DNA from: Gammaproteobacteria bacterium
GTDB lineage: Bacteria; Pseudomonadota; Gammaproteobacteria; GCA-002705445; GCA-002716945
Reading direction: 5' to 3'
Assembly: GCA_002716945.1 (NCBI GenBank)
Contig: PBCF01000002.1
Coordinates: forward strand, 286,481 to 350,480
DNA: 64,000 nt
Shown here: in pieces, positions 20,210 through 29,398 of the stretch
Position numbering within the stretch: the first letter of the stretch is position 1
Layout of the letters: each line of letters starts with the position of its first letter
Position numbers and translations under genes: made by a program
The notes under the pieces: generated by a model
Databases searched by the model: none
What the model saw: only the letters and a program-made list of their open reading frames with translations
Told to the model about the DNA's origin: nothing

Positions 20210-20221
20210 GGCGGTAGCGTT
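20210..20221 (+). promoter_or_regulatory. ops element (RfaH loading site, JUMPstart core)
   Basis: GGCGGTAGCGTT, a GC-rich island in an AT-rich leader, matching the ops core GGCGGTAG; ends 15 bp before the first operon ATG. Confidence 0.9.
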
Positions 20222-20236
20222 GTAAATCAAAAATAA

Positions 20237-21166
20237 ATGTCTGAAATAAGCATTGTAATACCTTTTTATAATGAGTCTGATTCTATTACTAAAACATTAG
20301 ACTCATTGAACAAACAAACTTATCAGCCTGATGAAGTGATATTAGTTGATTCGGGATCGGATGATAATACGTGTAATCTTATAAATAAATGGATTGAAGA
20401 TAATCAGACTAATAAGTTTAAAATTATTTATTCAGGGAAGATGTCACCAAGCTCGTCAATTAATCTTGGAGTAAGAAATGCCAAAAATAATTTAATTGGA
20501 TATTTAGATTGTGGTTTGTTCGTTCCAAATAATTGGATTGAATCAAACGTCAAAATTATAAAACAATCCAATTGCGATATGGTTTCGGTAATGATATATA
20601 CAAAAGGTCAAAATTATATAGATAAATCATTAGTAGCTCAATCATATGGTTATAAAAACAAAACAGCATGTTTAACGGGTTCTATAATTAAAAAAAGTAT
20701 TATAAAAAAATTAAATTATTTTTTAGAAAATTGTCGGGCTAGTTATGATATTGATTTTATAAATAAATTCAAAAAAAATAATTATACAAGAGAAGTAAAC
20801 ACAAAAATAATATTAAACTATTATGATATAAATTTTTCATCAAATTACCATGAAGCAATACAAAAAGTTTTCAGGTATTCTAAAAATGCTTGGTTAGCTT
20901 ATGGAGATCTAAAACCAATAAGTTATATTTTATTGACAGTATTTATTATTATTATCCCTTATAACTATTACTATAATATAATCTTATTTTATTTTATTTT
21001 ACGTGGTTATATAACTCCATATTTAAAGTCAAAAAATTTAGAATTATTTAAAGAAATACCATTATTAGCCTTACTTCCTTTATCTGGATTTATTTTTGAT
21101 ATAAGCAGACTCGCAGGATATATATATTCATTACCATCTAGTATTATAAATGACAAACAAAATTAA
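20237..21166 (+). CDS. Glycosyltransferase family 2
   Basis: ISIVIPFYNE, VDSGSDD, NLGV..A, YLDCG; hydrophobic C-terminus. Confidence 0.85.
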   Translation: MSEISIVIPFYNESDSITKTLDSLNKQTYQPDEVILVDSGSDDNTCNLINKWIEDNQTNKFKIIYSGKMSPSSSINLGVRNAKNNLIGYLDCGLFVPNNWIESNVKIIKQSNCDMVSVMIYTKGQNYIDKSLVAQSYGYKNKTACLTGSIIKKSIIKKLNYFLENCRASYDIDFINKFKKNNYTREVNTKIILNYYDINFSSNYHEAIQKVFRYSKNAWLAYGDLKPISYILLTVFIIIIPYNYYYNIILFYFILRGYITPYLKSKNLELFKEIPLLALLPLSGFIFDISRLAGYIYSLPSSIINDKQN

Positions 21167-21842
21167 AAAAATTTTATTATATATTAATGATAAATTTAGA
21201 ACACTTTTTATCTCCTTTCTTAGTGATAAAAATAAGTTTAAATTTATTTATAAAAATAAATATTGGCAAAATATTGAAAATGGCTCTTTATCTGGTTCTG
21301 GTTCAAATGAAGATACAACTAAAAATCTAATTAAAGAATTATCTACATTTGTTAAAGATAAAGAAATTAAAACGATTTTAGATATTCCGTGTGGTGATTG
21401 GAGATGGATATCAAAAATAAATTTAGACGGCAAAAGATATATTGGGGCTGACATTGTGCCAGACTTAATTACAGAAAACACAAAAAAATATACAAATGAT
21501 AATGTTAAATTTAAATGTTTAGATTTAAAGACAGACATTTTACCTAATAGCGATCTTATCATAGTCAGAGATCTTCTGTTTCATTTAACCATCCAAGATA
21601 TAGAAAAATGCTTAAAAAATATTTTTAAACATAATTTTAAATTTATTGCTATAACAAACCATAATACAGATTTATCTAATCAAAACACTTATGTAGGTGA
21701 TAGATGGAGACCGATTAATTTATTAAAATCTCCATTTAACTTACCCGAACCTAACTATAAATTATCTGATTATAGTACTAATAACCCACATGATATAAAT
21801 AAAGTTTTAGCTATATGGGATAAAGATAGTTTTACTTTTTAA
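21150..21842 (+). CDS. Class I SAM-dependent methyltransferase (glycan-locus type)
   Basis: SGSGS, ILDIPCGD, GADIV, RDLLFHL, WRPINL..PF. Confidence 0.75.
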   Translation: MTNKIKKILLYINDKFRTLFISFLSDKNKFKFIYKNKYWQNIENGSLSGSGSNEDTTKNLIKELSTFVKDKEIKTILDIPCGDWRWISKINLDGKRYIGADIVPDLITENTKKYTNDNVKFKCLDLKTDILPNSDLIIVRDLLFHLTIQDIEKCLKNIFKHNFKFIAITNHNTDLSNQNTYVGDRWRPINLLKSPFNLPEPNYKLSDYSTNNPHDINKVLAIWDKDSFTF

Positions 21843-21846
21843 AATT

Positions 21847-22197
21847 ATGACAGATAACAACAAAAATAATGATAAAGATTTAGAAGTATTAAGGTACCTC
21901 GAAAATCAAGAAAAGATCAGTCAAAGAGAATTATCGGCTAATTTAGGTATAAGCCTAGGTAAAGTAAATTTTATTTTAAAAGCACTTGTAGAAAAAGGAA
22001 ATGTAAAAGCCAGAAATTTTATAAATAACAAAAACAAAAGAGCGTACGCTTACTATTTGACACCCAAAGGAATTGAAGAAAAAACAAGACTGACTATAAA
22101 TTTTTTCAAAAGAAAGATGCAAGAATATGATGATATAAAAAAAGAATTAAAACAATTAGAAGATGAAATAAATAAAAATAAAAAAGAAAATGAATAA
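21847..22197 (+). CDS. MarR-family EPS-associated transcriptional regulator
   Basis: SQRELSANLGISLGKVNFILKAL..KG, NKRAYAYYLTPKGIEEK signature. Confidence 0.92.
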   Translation: MTDNNKNNDKDLEVLRYLENQEKISQRELSANLGISLGKVNFILKALVEKGNVKARNFINNKNKRAYAYYLTPKGIEEKTRLTINFFKRKMQEYDDIKKELKQLEDEINKNKKENE

Positions 22198-23353
22198 TAT
22201 TTTATTTGAAAAACTAGTTAAAGATATTAAATCTTGTTCTTGCCATAATAAAAAGGATTATTATGTACACGAACCAATTGGAATGCAAAATTGCAAAAAA
22301 GATGTAATAGACTGTATTCAATCAACATATGTATCTACATCGGGAAAGTATTTAGATAAATTTAAAAATGAAATAAAAAAATTAACAAAATCTAATTATG
22401 TTGTTCTTACAAATACAGGAACATCTGCGCTATTTATGTCTTTAAAAATGATAGATATAAAAAATACAGAAATATTAATACCTTCAATGACATTTGTGAC
22501 AACTACAAATGTCGTTAAATACTTAGATGGTATTCCTCATTTTATAGATTGTGAAAAAAAATATCCAACCATAGATCTTATGAAACTTAAAAATTATTTA
22601 TCTGACCATTGTTATATGAAAAGTAAAAAATGTATTAACAAAAAAACTAATAAACATATAAAAGGACTTATTGCTGTACATGCCTTTGGGTATCCAGTTG
22701 ATATTCCTAATCTAAAAAAATTATGCTCTAAATATAATATAGAAATTATTGAGGATGGAGCAGGAGCTTTAGGTAGCTATATTAATAATAAACATATCGG
22801 TACTTTTAACAATTTTGGAATATTAAGTTTTAATGGTAATAAAATTGTAACGACAGGAATGGGTGGAGCTATCCTTATAAAATACAAAAAAGATTATTTA
22901 AAAATTAATCATTTAATAAATGTTGCTAAAAAACCACATGATTGGAAACTTGAACATAATGACATTGGTTACAATTTTAAAATGTCAAATATAAATGCAT
23001 CATTAGGATATCGGCAATTAAAAAATATTAAAAAAACTTTAAAAAGAAAAAGAAATCTCCACAATACTTATCTAAAGAAATTTATTAAATATAAATTTCT
23101 AGATATAATGGTTAAAAATAATGGAAGTGATCCAAATTATTGGTTAAATAATTTAATCATTAATAAACGTGATATAAACATACAAACCTTAATCAAAAAA
23201 CTTCATAAAAATAGAATTTATGTCAGAGAATTATGGAAACCTCAACATTTACTTCCTATGTTTAAAAACTATCCCAAAATGAATTTATCTAATTCAATTA
23301 ATTTATGGAAAACTACAATCAGTCTACCGAGTAGCTACATTGAAAAAAACTAA
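22190..23353 (+). CDS. LegC-type DegT/DnrJ PLP aminotransferase
   Basis: VHEP, GTSAL, EDGAGALGS, SFNGNKIVTTGMGG, GYNFKMSNINA, SLPSS. Confidence 0.85.
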   Translation: MNNILFEKLVKDIKSCSCHNKKDYYVHEPIGMQNCKKDVIDCIQSTYVSTSGKYLDKFKNEIKKLTKSNYVVLTNTGTSALFMSLKMIDIKNTEILIPSMTFVTTTNVVKYLDGIPHFIDCEKKYPTIDLMKLKNYLSDHCYMKSKKCINKKTNKHIKGLIAVHAFGYPVDIPNLKKLCSKYNIEIIEDGAGALGSYINNKHIGTFNNFGILSFNGNKIVTTGMGGAILIKYKKDYLKINHLINVAKKPHDWKLEHNDIGYNFKMSNINASLGYRQLKNIKKTLKRKRNLHNTYLKKFIKYKFLDIMVKNNGSDPNYWLNNLIINKRDINIQTLIKKLHKNRIYVRELWKPQHLLPMFKNYPKMNLSNSINLWKTTISLPSSYIEKN

Positions 23354-24506
23354 ACGTAAAATTTGTGTTATCACATCTAGCAGAGCTGATTATAGTCATC
23401 TCTACCCATTAATGTTGGGATTGAAAAAGTCCAAATTACTGACTCTTCAGATTATTGCAACAGGAATGCATCTTCTTAAAAACTATGGATATACTTATAA
23501 AGATATTTCGAATGATGGTTTCACTATTAATCAAAAAGTTAATACTAACCAAAAGAATACATCATCAACGAGTATAATTAAATCCATGTCGGTAGAATTA
23601 ACTGGAATAGAAAAGGCGCTTAAAAGACTGAAACCAGACTTAATTGTTATTTTGGGGGATAGGTATGATATTTTTCCAGCGGCAATAGTGGCACATATTA
23701 AACAAATACCTATTTGTCATATTCATGGAGGAGAGGTAACTTCAGGTTCAATTGATGATAGCGTAAGACATTGTTTAACAAAAATATCACATATTCATTT
23801 AGTAGCATCTGAAATATTTAAAAAAAGAGTTATTCAATTAGGTGAAGATAAAAACAATGTATTTAATGTAGGTAGTTTGGGTATCCATTCTATCTTGTCG
23901 CTACCTAAATTAGCCAAAGTAAATGTATATAAATATTTCAATATCAAATTTAACAAAGATTATTTAGTTATTTCTATTCATCCCGAGACTATTAATGAAA
24001 AAAATTTGCTTATGATTAAAAATTTACTCGAAGTATTAAAAAATGATAATAATTATAATTACATTTTTACATCTCCAAATTCAGATACAGGTGCAAATCT
24101 TATAGATCAAGAAATTAGAAAATTTGTTAAAAAAAACAAACATACCTCTTTGTATATCAAGTCGGCTGGTAGAACAATGTTTATTAATTTGTTAAGATTT
24201 TCTAAAGGTATAATAGGTAATTCATCTTCAGGACTCATAGAAGCGCCAGCACTGAATATACCTTCTATAAATATTGGTAATAGACAGAAAGGAAGACCAT
24301 TGTCTTCTACTGTGGATGACATATCATACTCTAAAAAAGAAATAGATTATGCTATAAAAAAGTTAAAACTTTATAAGAAACAAAATAGTCAAGAGATACA
24401 TTATCAAAATAAAAAACCAATAAATAAGATTTTAAAAATATTTAACAATTTTAATTCTAAAAAAATTTTAAATAAGAAATTTGTTGATAATTTTATTTCA
24501 TTATGA
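23340..24506 (+). CDS. neuC: Hydrolysing NDP-diacetamido-sugar 2-epimerase (NeuC/LegG)
   Basis: TSSRADY, GMHL, LGDRYD, HIHGGE, GNSSSG, GNRQKGR. Confidence 0.92.
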   Translation: MKKTKRKICVITSSRADYSHLYPLMLGLKKSKLLTLQIIATGMHLLKNYGYTYKDISNDGFTINQKVNTNQKNTSSTSIIKSMSVELTGIEKALKRLKPDLIVILGDRYDIFPAAIVAHIKQIPICHIHGGEVTSGSIDDSVRHCLTKISHIHLVASEIFKKRVIQLGEDKNNVFNVGSLGIHSILSLPKLAKVNVYKYFNIKFNKDYLVISIHPETINEKNLLMIKNLLEVLKNDNNYNYIFTSPNSDTGANLIDQEIRKFVKKNKHTSLYIKSAGRTMFINLLRFSKGIIGNSSSGLIEAPALNIPSINIGNRQKGRPLSSTVDDISYSKKEIDYAIKKLKLYKKQNSQEIHYQNKKPINKILKIFNNFNSKKILNKKFVDNFISL

Positions 24507-25597
24507 GAGCACATAAAACATATATAATTGCTGAAATTGGTGTAAACCATAATGGAAGTATCAAGATTGCTAAAAATCTAATTCAGGAAGCAAAAAAATT
24601 AGGTGCCAATGCAGTAAAATTTCAAAAATTTATACCTAATTTAATGATTTTAGATAACACTAAAAAAACTAGTTATCAAAATAAGTCAACTAAAACAAAA
24701 GAATCACAAAAAGTAATGCTCAATCGTTATGTTTTGTCCGATAAAGATTATATTAATTTGCAAAAAACATGCAAAAAAAATAATATTGATTTTTTATGCA
24801 CACCATTTGATGATGAAAGTCTATATTTTTTATTAAAAAAATTAAAACTAAAAATAATTAAAATTTCTTCAACTGATTTGACAAATATTCCATTTTTAAT
24901 AAAAATTGCACAAAGTAATGTCCAAGTATATTTATCAACAGGTATGTCAAATATTGAAGAAGTAGATATTGCTTTATCTGCATTAGTCCATGGTTATAAA
25001 AAATTTAAAACTAAATTTAATCCTAAATTACATAAAAACATTTTTAAAAAATATACTAAAATTCTTTCGAAAAAAGTTACTTTAATGCACTGCACATCTC
25101 AATATCCTGCACCTACAAACGAGTTAAATTTAAATATACTAGATATGTATAAGTCAAGATATAGTATACCAATAGGCTATTCTGATCATTCTAAAAATTT
25201 TTTGACTCCCATAATTGCAGTAGCAAAAAATATTGATATTATTGAAGTACATATTACAATGAGTAATAAACTTACTGGACCAGATCATAAAAGTTCATTG
25301 AATATTAAAGACTTTAAAAAATATATAAATTTAATCAAGAAATCAGAAATTATATTAGGCCATTCAAATAAAACAGTTACTTCTTCTGAAATTAATGTTA
25401 GAAAATATGCCAGAAAAAGTTTAACAACTACTTGTTCAATTAAAAAAGGAGAGATAATTAAAGAAAAACATTTTTCTGTCAAGAGACCTGGTTATGGTAT
25501 TTCTCCAATTCATTATTATCAATATATTGGTAAAAAAATTATGGATGATTTAAGTGAAAACAAAATTTTAGTAAAAGAACATTTTGAAAAAAAATAA
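24503..25597 (+). CDS. neuB: Nonulosonate synthase (NeuB/LegI), copy 1
   Basis: IAEIGVNHNG, STGM, HCTSQYP, GYSDH, GPDH, C-terminal SAF domain KRPGYGISP. Confidence 0.92.
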   Translation: MRAHKTYIIAEIGVNHNGSIKIAKNLIQEAKKLGANAVKFQKFIPNLMILDNTKKTSYQNKSTKTKESQKVMLNRYVLSDKDYINLQKTCKKNNIDFLCTPFDDESLYFLLKKLKLKIIKISSTDLTNIPFLIKIAQSNVQVYLSTGMSNIEEVDIALSALVHGYKKFKTKFNPKLHKNIFKKYTKILSKKVTLMHCTSQYPAPTNELNLNILDMYKSRYSIPIGYSDHSKNFLTPIIAVAKNIDIIEVHITMSNKLTGPDHKSSLNIKDFKKYINLIKKSEIILGHSNKTVTSSEINVRKYARKSLTTTCSIKKGEIIKEKHFSVKRPGYGISPIHYYQYIGKKIMDDLSENKILVKEHFEKK

Positions 25598-26387
25598 TCT
25601 AATAACAAAGCTTACTGGTAAAGTAACTTGTGTTACCGGAGCATCAGGCTATATAGGTAAGGTAATTGCAGAAACATTATGTCAATTAGATTCAAATCTA
25701 ATATTAGTTGATATAAATTCTAAAAATCTTAACAAATTAAAACTAGATCTTAGTAAAAGATATCACGTTCAAATAGATACATTGTGCATGGATCTTACAA
25801 AGAAAAATAATATACACAAGCTTAAATCTTTTATTATGACCAAATATAAACATTTACATATTTTAATAAACTCACTAGGATTTGTTGGAAGTAATAAATT
25901 AAAAGGTTGGTCGGTTGATTACGATAAACAAACAGAACATGGATGGAATAAAGCTATTGAAGTAAACTTAACATCTGTTTTTTTTCTAATACAATCTTTA
26001 CATAAAATAATGAAAAAAACTAAGAATGCATCAATTATAAATATTTCATCTATTTATGGTTCTCATGCGCCAGATTATGATATTTATTCAAATACGAATA
26101 TAAAAAATCCTGCTGGCTATGCTATTAGTAAAGCAGGATTAAATCATTTAACTAAATGGTTAGCGGTAACACTATCGCCTGAAATAAGAGTTAATACTAT
26201 TTCACCAGGTGGCATTTTTAGAAAACAAGATCCTGTATTTGTAAAAAAATATATTAAAAAAACACCTCTCAATAGAATGGGAACTGAAAGTGATATCGTA
26301 GGAGCAATAATTTTACTATCAACAGATATGTCTTTATACATAACTGGTCAAAATATTGTCGTTGATGGGGGATGGACTCTTAAATAA
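25584..26387 (+). CDS. SDR oxidoreductase (PtmA-like)
   Basis: TGASGYIG, SSIYG, YAISK, RVNTISPGG, VDGGW. Confidence 0.85.
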   Translation: MKKNNLITKLTGKVTCVTGASGYIGKVIAETLCQLDSNLILVDINSKNLNKLKLDLSKRYHVQIDTLCMDLTKKNNIHKLKSFIMTKYKHLHILINSLGFVGSNKLKGWSVDYDKQTEHGWNKAIEVNLTSVFFLIQSLHKIMKKTKNASIINISSIYGSHAPDYDIYSNTNIKNPAGYAISKAGLNHLTKWLAVTLSPEIRVNTISPGGIFRKQDPVFVKKYIKKTPLNRMGTESDIVGAIILLSTDMSLYITGQNIVVDGGWTLK

Positions 26388-26458
26388 TATAATATGAATT
26401 TCAATATTACAAATTCATGTATAATAGAAAAATATATAATTGATGAAGATAATATATT

Positions 26459-27481
26459 GTGATTGATAATAAAATTCAAATAGGTCCTATTGACACCATC
26501 TTTTTATTAGGAGGAGGAAAGATTGTTTCTGAATTAATTCAGAGAATAAATGATGATATGTCAAAAACGATTAAAGTCATATCATCTCCTAGACATTTAA
26601 AAGAGATTCATAATGATCAGAGTTTTGCTGATTTTTTGAGTAAAAAAAACATCAATTATCTATCAATAGAATCAATGAATGATTCCAAGCTTAAAAATTT
26701 TATTAAACATAATGATAATAATTTTTATTTATCTATAGGTGCTGCTTGGATTTTTAAAAAACAACATATTGATGGACTATTTCATAATAAATTATTAAAT
26801 TTACACAGCACACGATTACCACAAAATAGAGGCGGTGGCGGATTTAGTTGGCAAATACTAACTAAAAATAGATTTGGATTTTGTACAATTCATATGGTAG
26901 ATGAAGGTATCGATACCGGTGATATAGTTTTTTGTAATGAATTCCTTTATCCCGCTCATTGCAGAATACCTAGTGATTATGAGAAATTTTATATTCCTAA
27001 TAATGTTAATAGCATAATGAAGTTTATTTCATTGCATGAAAAAAAAAGTAACACTATTAAACTTATTAAACAAACAGAGTATTTTTCAAGTTATTGGCCT
27101 AGATTAAATACTGATTTAAATAGCTGGATAGATTGGTCTATAGATTATAATCATTTAGAAACATTTATTTGTGCATTTGATGACCCATACCTTGGTGCTA
27201 AAACATACTTAAATCATAAACCTGTTTATCTAAAAAAATGTATGGTTAATAATCAGGATGGTATTTTTCATAGTTATCAAAGTGGAATAATTTACAGAAA
27301 AACTGATAAATGGTTATGTGTTTCAGCCAATGGCGGAGGAATTATTATAGAAGAGGTTACAAATGAAAAAGGGGAAAGTATCTTAGAAGATATTGTTGTA
27401 GGAGATAGGTTTGTTACTCCTCATGAAAAAATTAATGAATCAAAATTAAGAGTTAAATATACTTCAACCGGTATAAAGTAG
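26459..27481 (+). CDS. Formyltransferase-family protein (putative sugar N-formyltransferase)
   Basis: LLNLHSTRLP, RGGGG, IHMVDEGIDTGDI (N-H-D triad positions), FDDPYLGA. Confidence 0.82.
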   Translation: MIDNKIQIGPIDTIFLLGGGKIVSELIQRINDDMSKTIKVISSPRHLKEIHNDQSFADFLSKKNINYLSIESMNDSKLKNFIKHNDNNFYLSIGAAWIFKKQHIDGLFHNKLLNLHSTRLPQNRGGGGFSWQILTKNRFGFCTIHMVDEGIDTGDIVFCNEFLYPAHCRIPSDYEKFYIPNNVNSIMKFISLHEKKSNTIKLIKQTEYFSSYWPRLNTDLNSWIDWSIDYNHLETFICAFDDPYLGAKTYLNHKPVYLKKCMVNNQDGIFHSYQSGIIYRKTDKWLCVSANGGGIIIEEVTNEKGESILEDIVVGDRFVTPHEKINESKLRVKYTSTGIK

Positions 27482-27625
27482 ATAAAATATTTAATAAATC
27501 CAATAAAAAAAATTATTTTAAATCATAACATCCTATCAATTTCATTTATAACAGGAAATCATCCTAATAATAAAATATTAGAAAACAAGGATGATGTAAT
27601 TAATATCTATTTTAGATAAAGTTGT

Positions 27626-28663
27626 ATGAAAATTATTAATAAAATATCTAATTATCTTGTTGATAAAAAAACTAAAATCAGTTCAGTAATAGAATTACTA
27701 CAAAATAATCCTATAAAATTAATTATTGTAGTCTCTAAGAAGAATCAACTAGAAGGAAGTATTACAGATGGTGATGTTAGAAGAGGTTTGCTTAATGGAA
27801 TAGATATAAATTGCAACTGTGAAAATATAATGAATGCTAAGCCTCGTAGTGTTATTAATAATGATTTTAAAAAAATTGATAAGTTATTTAATGAATATAA
27901 AATTAAACATCCAATTATCATAAATGAAAAAAATCAAGTAACAGGTATTGTTGTTAAAAAAGATTACACAAAAATAGAATCACGTTCAAACTATATTGTA
28001 ATTATGGCAGGTGGTGAAGGGAAACGTTTATTACCGTTAACACTTGAAACACCAAAACCACTTCTAAATATAAATAATAGACCAATTATTGATACTATTA
28101 TTAGTAGATTTATTAAATATAATTTTAACAATATGTTTATCTCATTAAGATATAAATCAGAAAAATTTATTAAATATTTTTCTGATAATAAAAAATATAA
28201 TGCAAATATCAAATTCTTAATAGAAAAGAAACCATTAGGTACCGCAGGTTGTCTATCTCTGTTAAATACTAAAGATATTATTGAACCAGTTATTGTCATA
28301 AACGGTGATGTTTTATCAGAAATTAATTTCAATCAATTGATAGACTTTCATCTCAAAAACAAAAAAGCTATAACTTTGTGCGTATCTGAGTATATTAATA
28401 CAATTCCTTTTGGCATTATTAAATTAAATAAAGGAAAAATATCTGAGATACATGAAAAACCAAATAATAAATATTTAATAAATGCAGGTATTTATGTAAT
28501 TAACCCTGAAGTAATAATAAAAATGAAAAAAAATATAAAAATTGATATGACAGACTTAATTGATACTTACATAGAAAAAAAATTAGTTTCTGTATTTCCT
28601 ATACATGAACAATGGACGGATATAGGAACCAAAGATGATTATAGCAAGGCAAATAAAAAATAG
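27626..28663 (+). CDS. CBS-domain nucleotidyltransferase (PtmE-like)
   Basis: N-terminal CBS pair (ITDGDVRRGLL), MAGGEGKRL.PLT..PKP, PLGTAG, NGD, WTDIG. Confidence 0.88.
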   Translation: MKIINKISNYLVDKKTKISSVIELLQNNPIKLIIVVSKKNQLEGSITDGDVRRGLLNGIDINCNCENIMNAKPRSVINNDFKKIDKLFNEYKIKHPIIINEKNQVTGIVVKKDYTKIESRSNYIVIMAGGEGKRLLPLTLETPKPLLNINNRPIIDTIISRFIKYNFNNMFISLRYKSEKFIKYFSDNKKYNANIKFLIEKKPLGTAGCLSLLNTKDIIEPVIVINGDVLSEINFNQLIDFHLKNKKAITLCVSEYINTIPFGIIKLNKGKISEIHEKPNNKYLINAGIYVINPEVIIKMKKNIKIDMTDLIDTYIEKKLVSVFPIHEQWTDIGTKDDYSKANKK

Positions 28664-29398
28664 ATGTATAAAGACAAATCTATAATAGCAATTATACCCG
28701 CAAGATCTGGTAGTGTTGGATTAAAAAATAAAAATATTCTGAAATTAAAAGATAAACCTTTAGTTTCGTGGCCAATTATGGCTGCAAAAAAATCAGCTTA
28801 TATAGATTCAATTATAGTTAGTACTGATTCAAAAAAGATTGCTAAAATAGCAAAAAAACATGGAATTGATATACCATTCTTAAGACCAAAAAAACTTTCT
28901 GGAAATAAAGCAACTACAATTGAAGTAATAGATCATGTTATTAAGTATTTAAATAACGAATCTATAAGTTGTGATTATATTATAGTTTTAGAACCTACAT
29001 CTCCATTTACAAATTCTAATGATATTGATAAATGCATAGAGAACTTATATAAGAAGAGAAATAGTTTTGATTCACTGGTAGGTGTTTGTAGAAACGATAA
29101 ATATCATCCAAATTTTAGTTTGTATACTGATAAAAATAATAAAGTAAAGAATATACAATCATCATTATCCAAGCATACTCGTAGACAAGATTGTACAGAA
29201 ATTTTATATCCAGATGGTTCAATCTATATAACTACTAAATCATCGTTTATTAAAAATAAAACTTTTTATCATTCAAGAACGTTAGGTTATAAATTTCCAA
29301 AATGGAAATCAATAGAGATAGATGATGAAATAGATTTTATAACTGCTCAAAAACTTGCAACTAAGATAAAATATTTAGAAAAAAAATATAATGAATAA
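28664..29398 (+). CDS. neuA: CMP-nonulosonate synthetase (NeuA/LegF), copy 1
   Basis: IPARSGSVGLKNKN, VSTDS, LRP..L, LEPTSP, RRQD, EIDDE.D. Confidence 0.9.
   Translation: MYKDKSIIAIIPARSGSVGLKNKNILKLKDKPLVSWPIMAAKKSAYIDSIIVSTDSKKIAKIAKKHGIDIPFLRPKKLSGNKATTIEVIDHVIKYLNNESISCDYIIVLEPTSPFTNSNDIDKCIENLYKKRNSFDSLVGVCRNDKYHPNFSLYTDKNNKVKNIQSSLSKHTRRQDCTEILYPDGSIYITTKSSFIKNKTFYHSRTLGYKFPKWKSIEIDDEIDFITAQKLATKIKYLEKKYNE

Noticed and set aside
13095-20236. Integrative element or prophage at the tRNA cluster
   Set aside because: No integrase, transposase or phage gene, and no repeated tRNA 3' end found by eye (a computed self-alignment would be more certain)
26459-27481. Methionyl-tRNA formyltransferase (fmt) call
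   Set aside because: It lacks the typical Fmt N-terminal motif and def/rsmB context, and it sits inside a nonulosonate module
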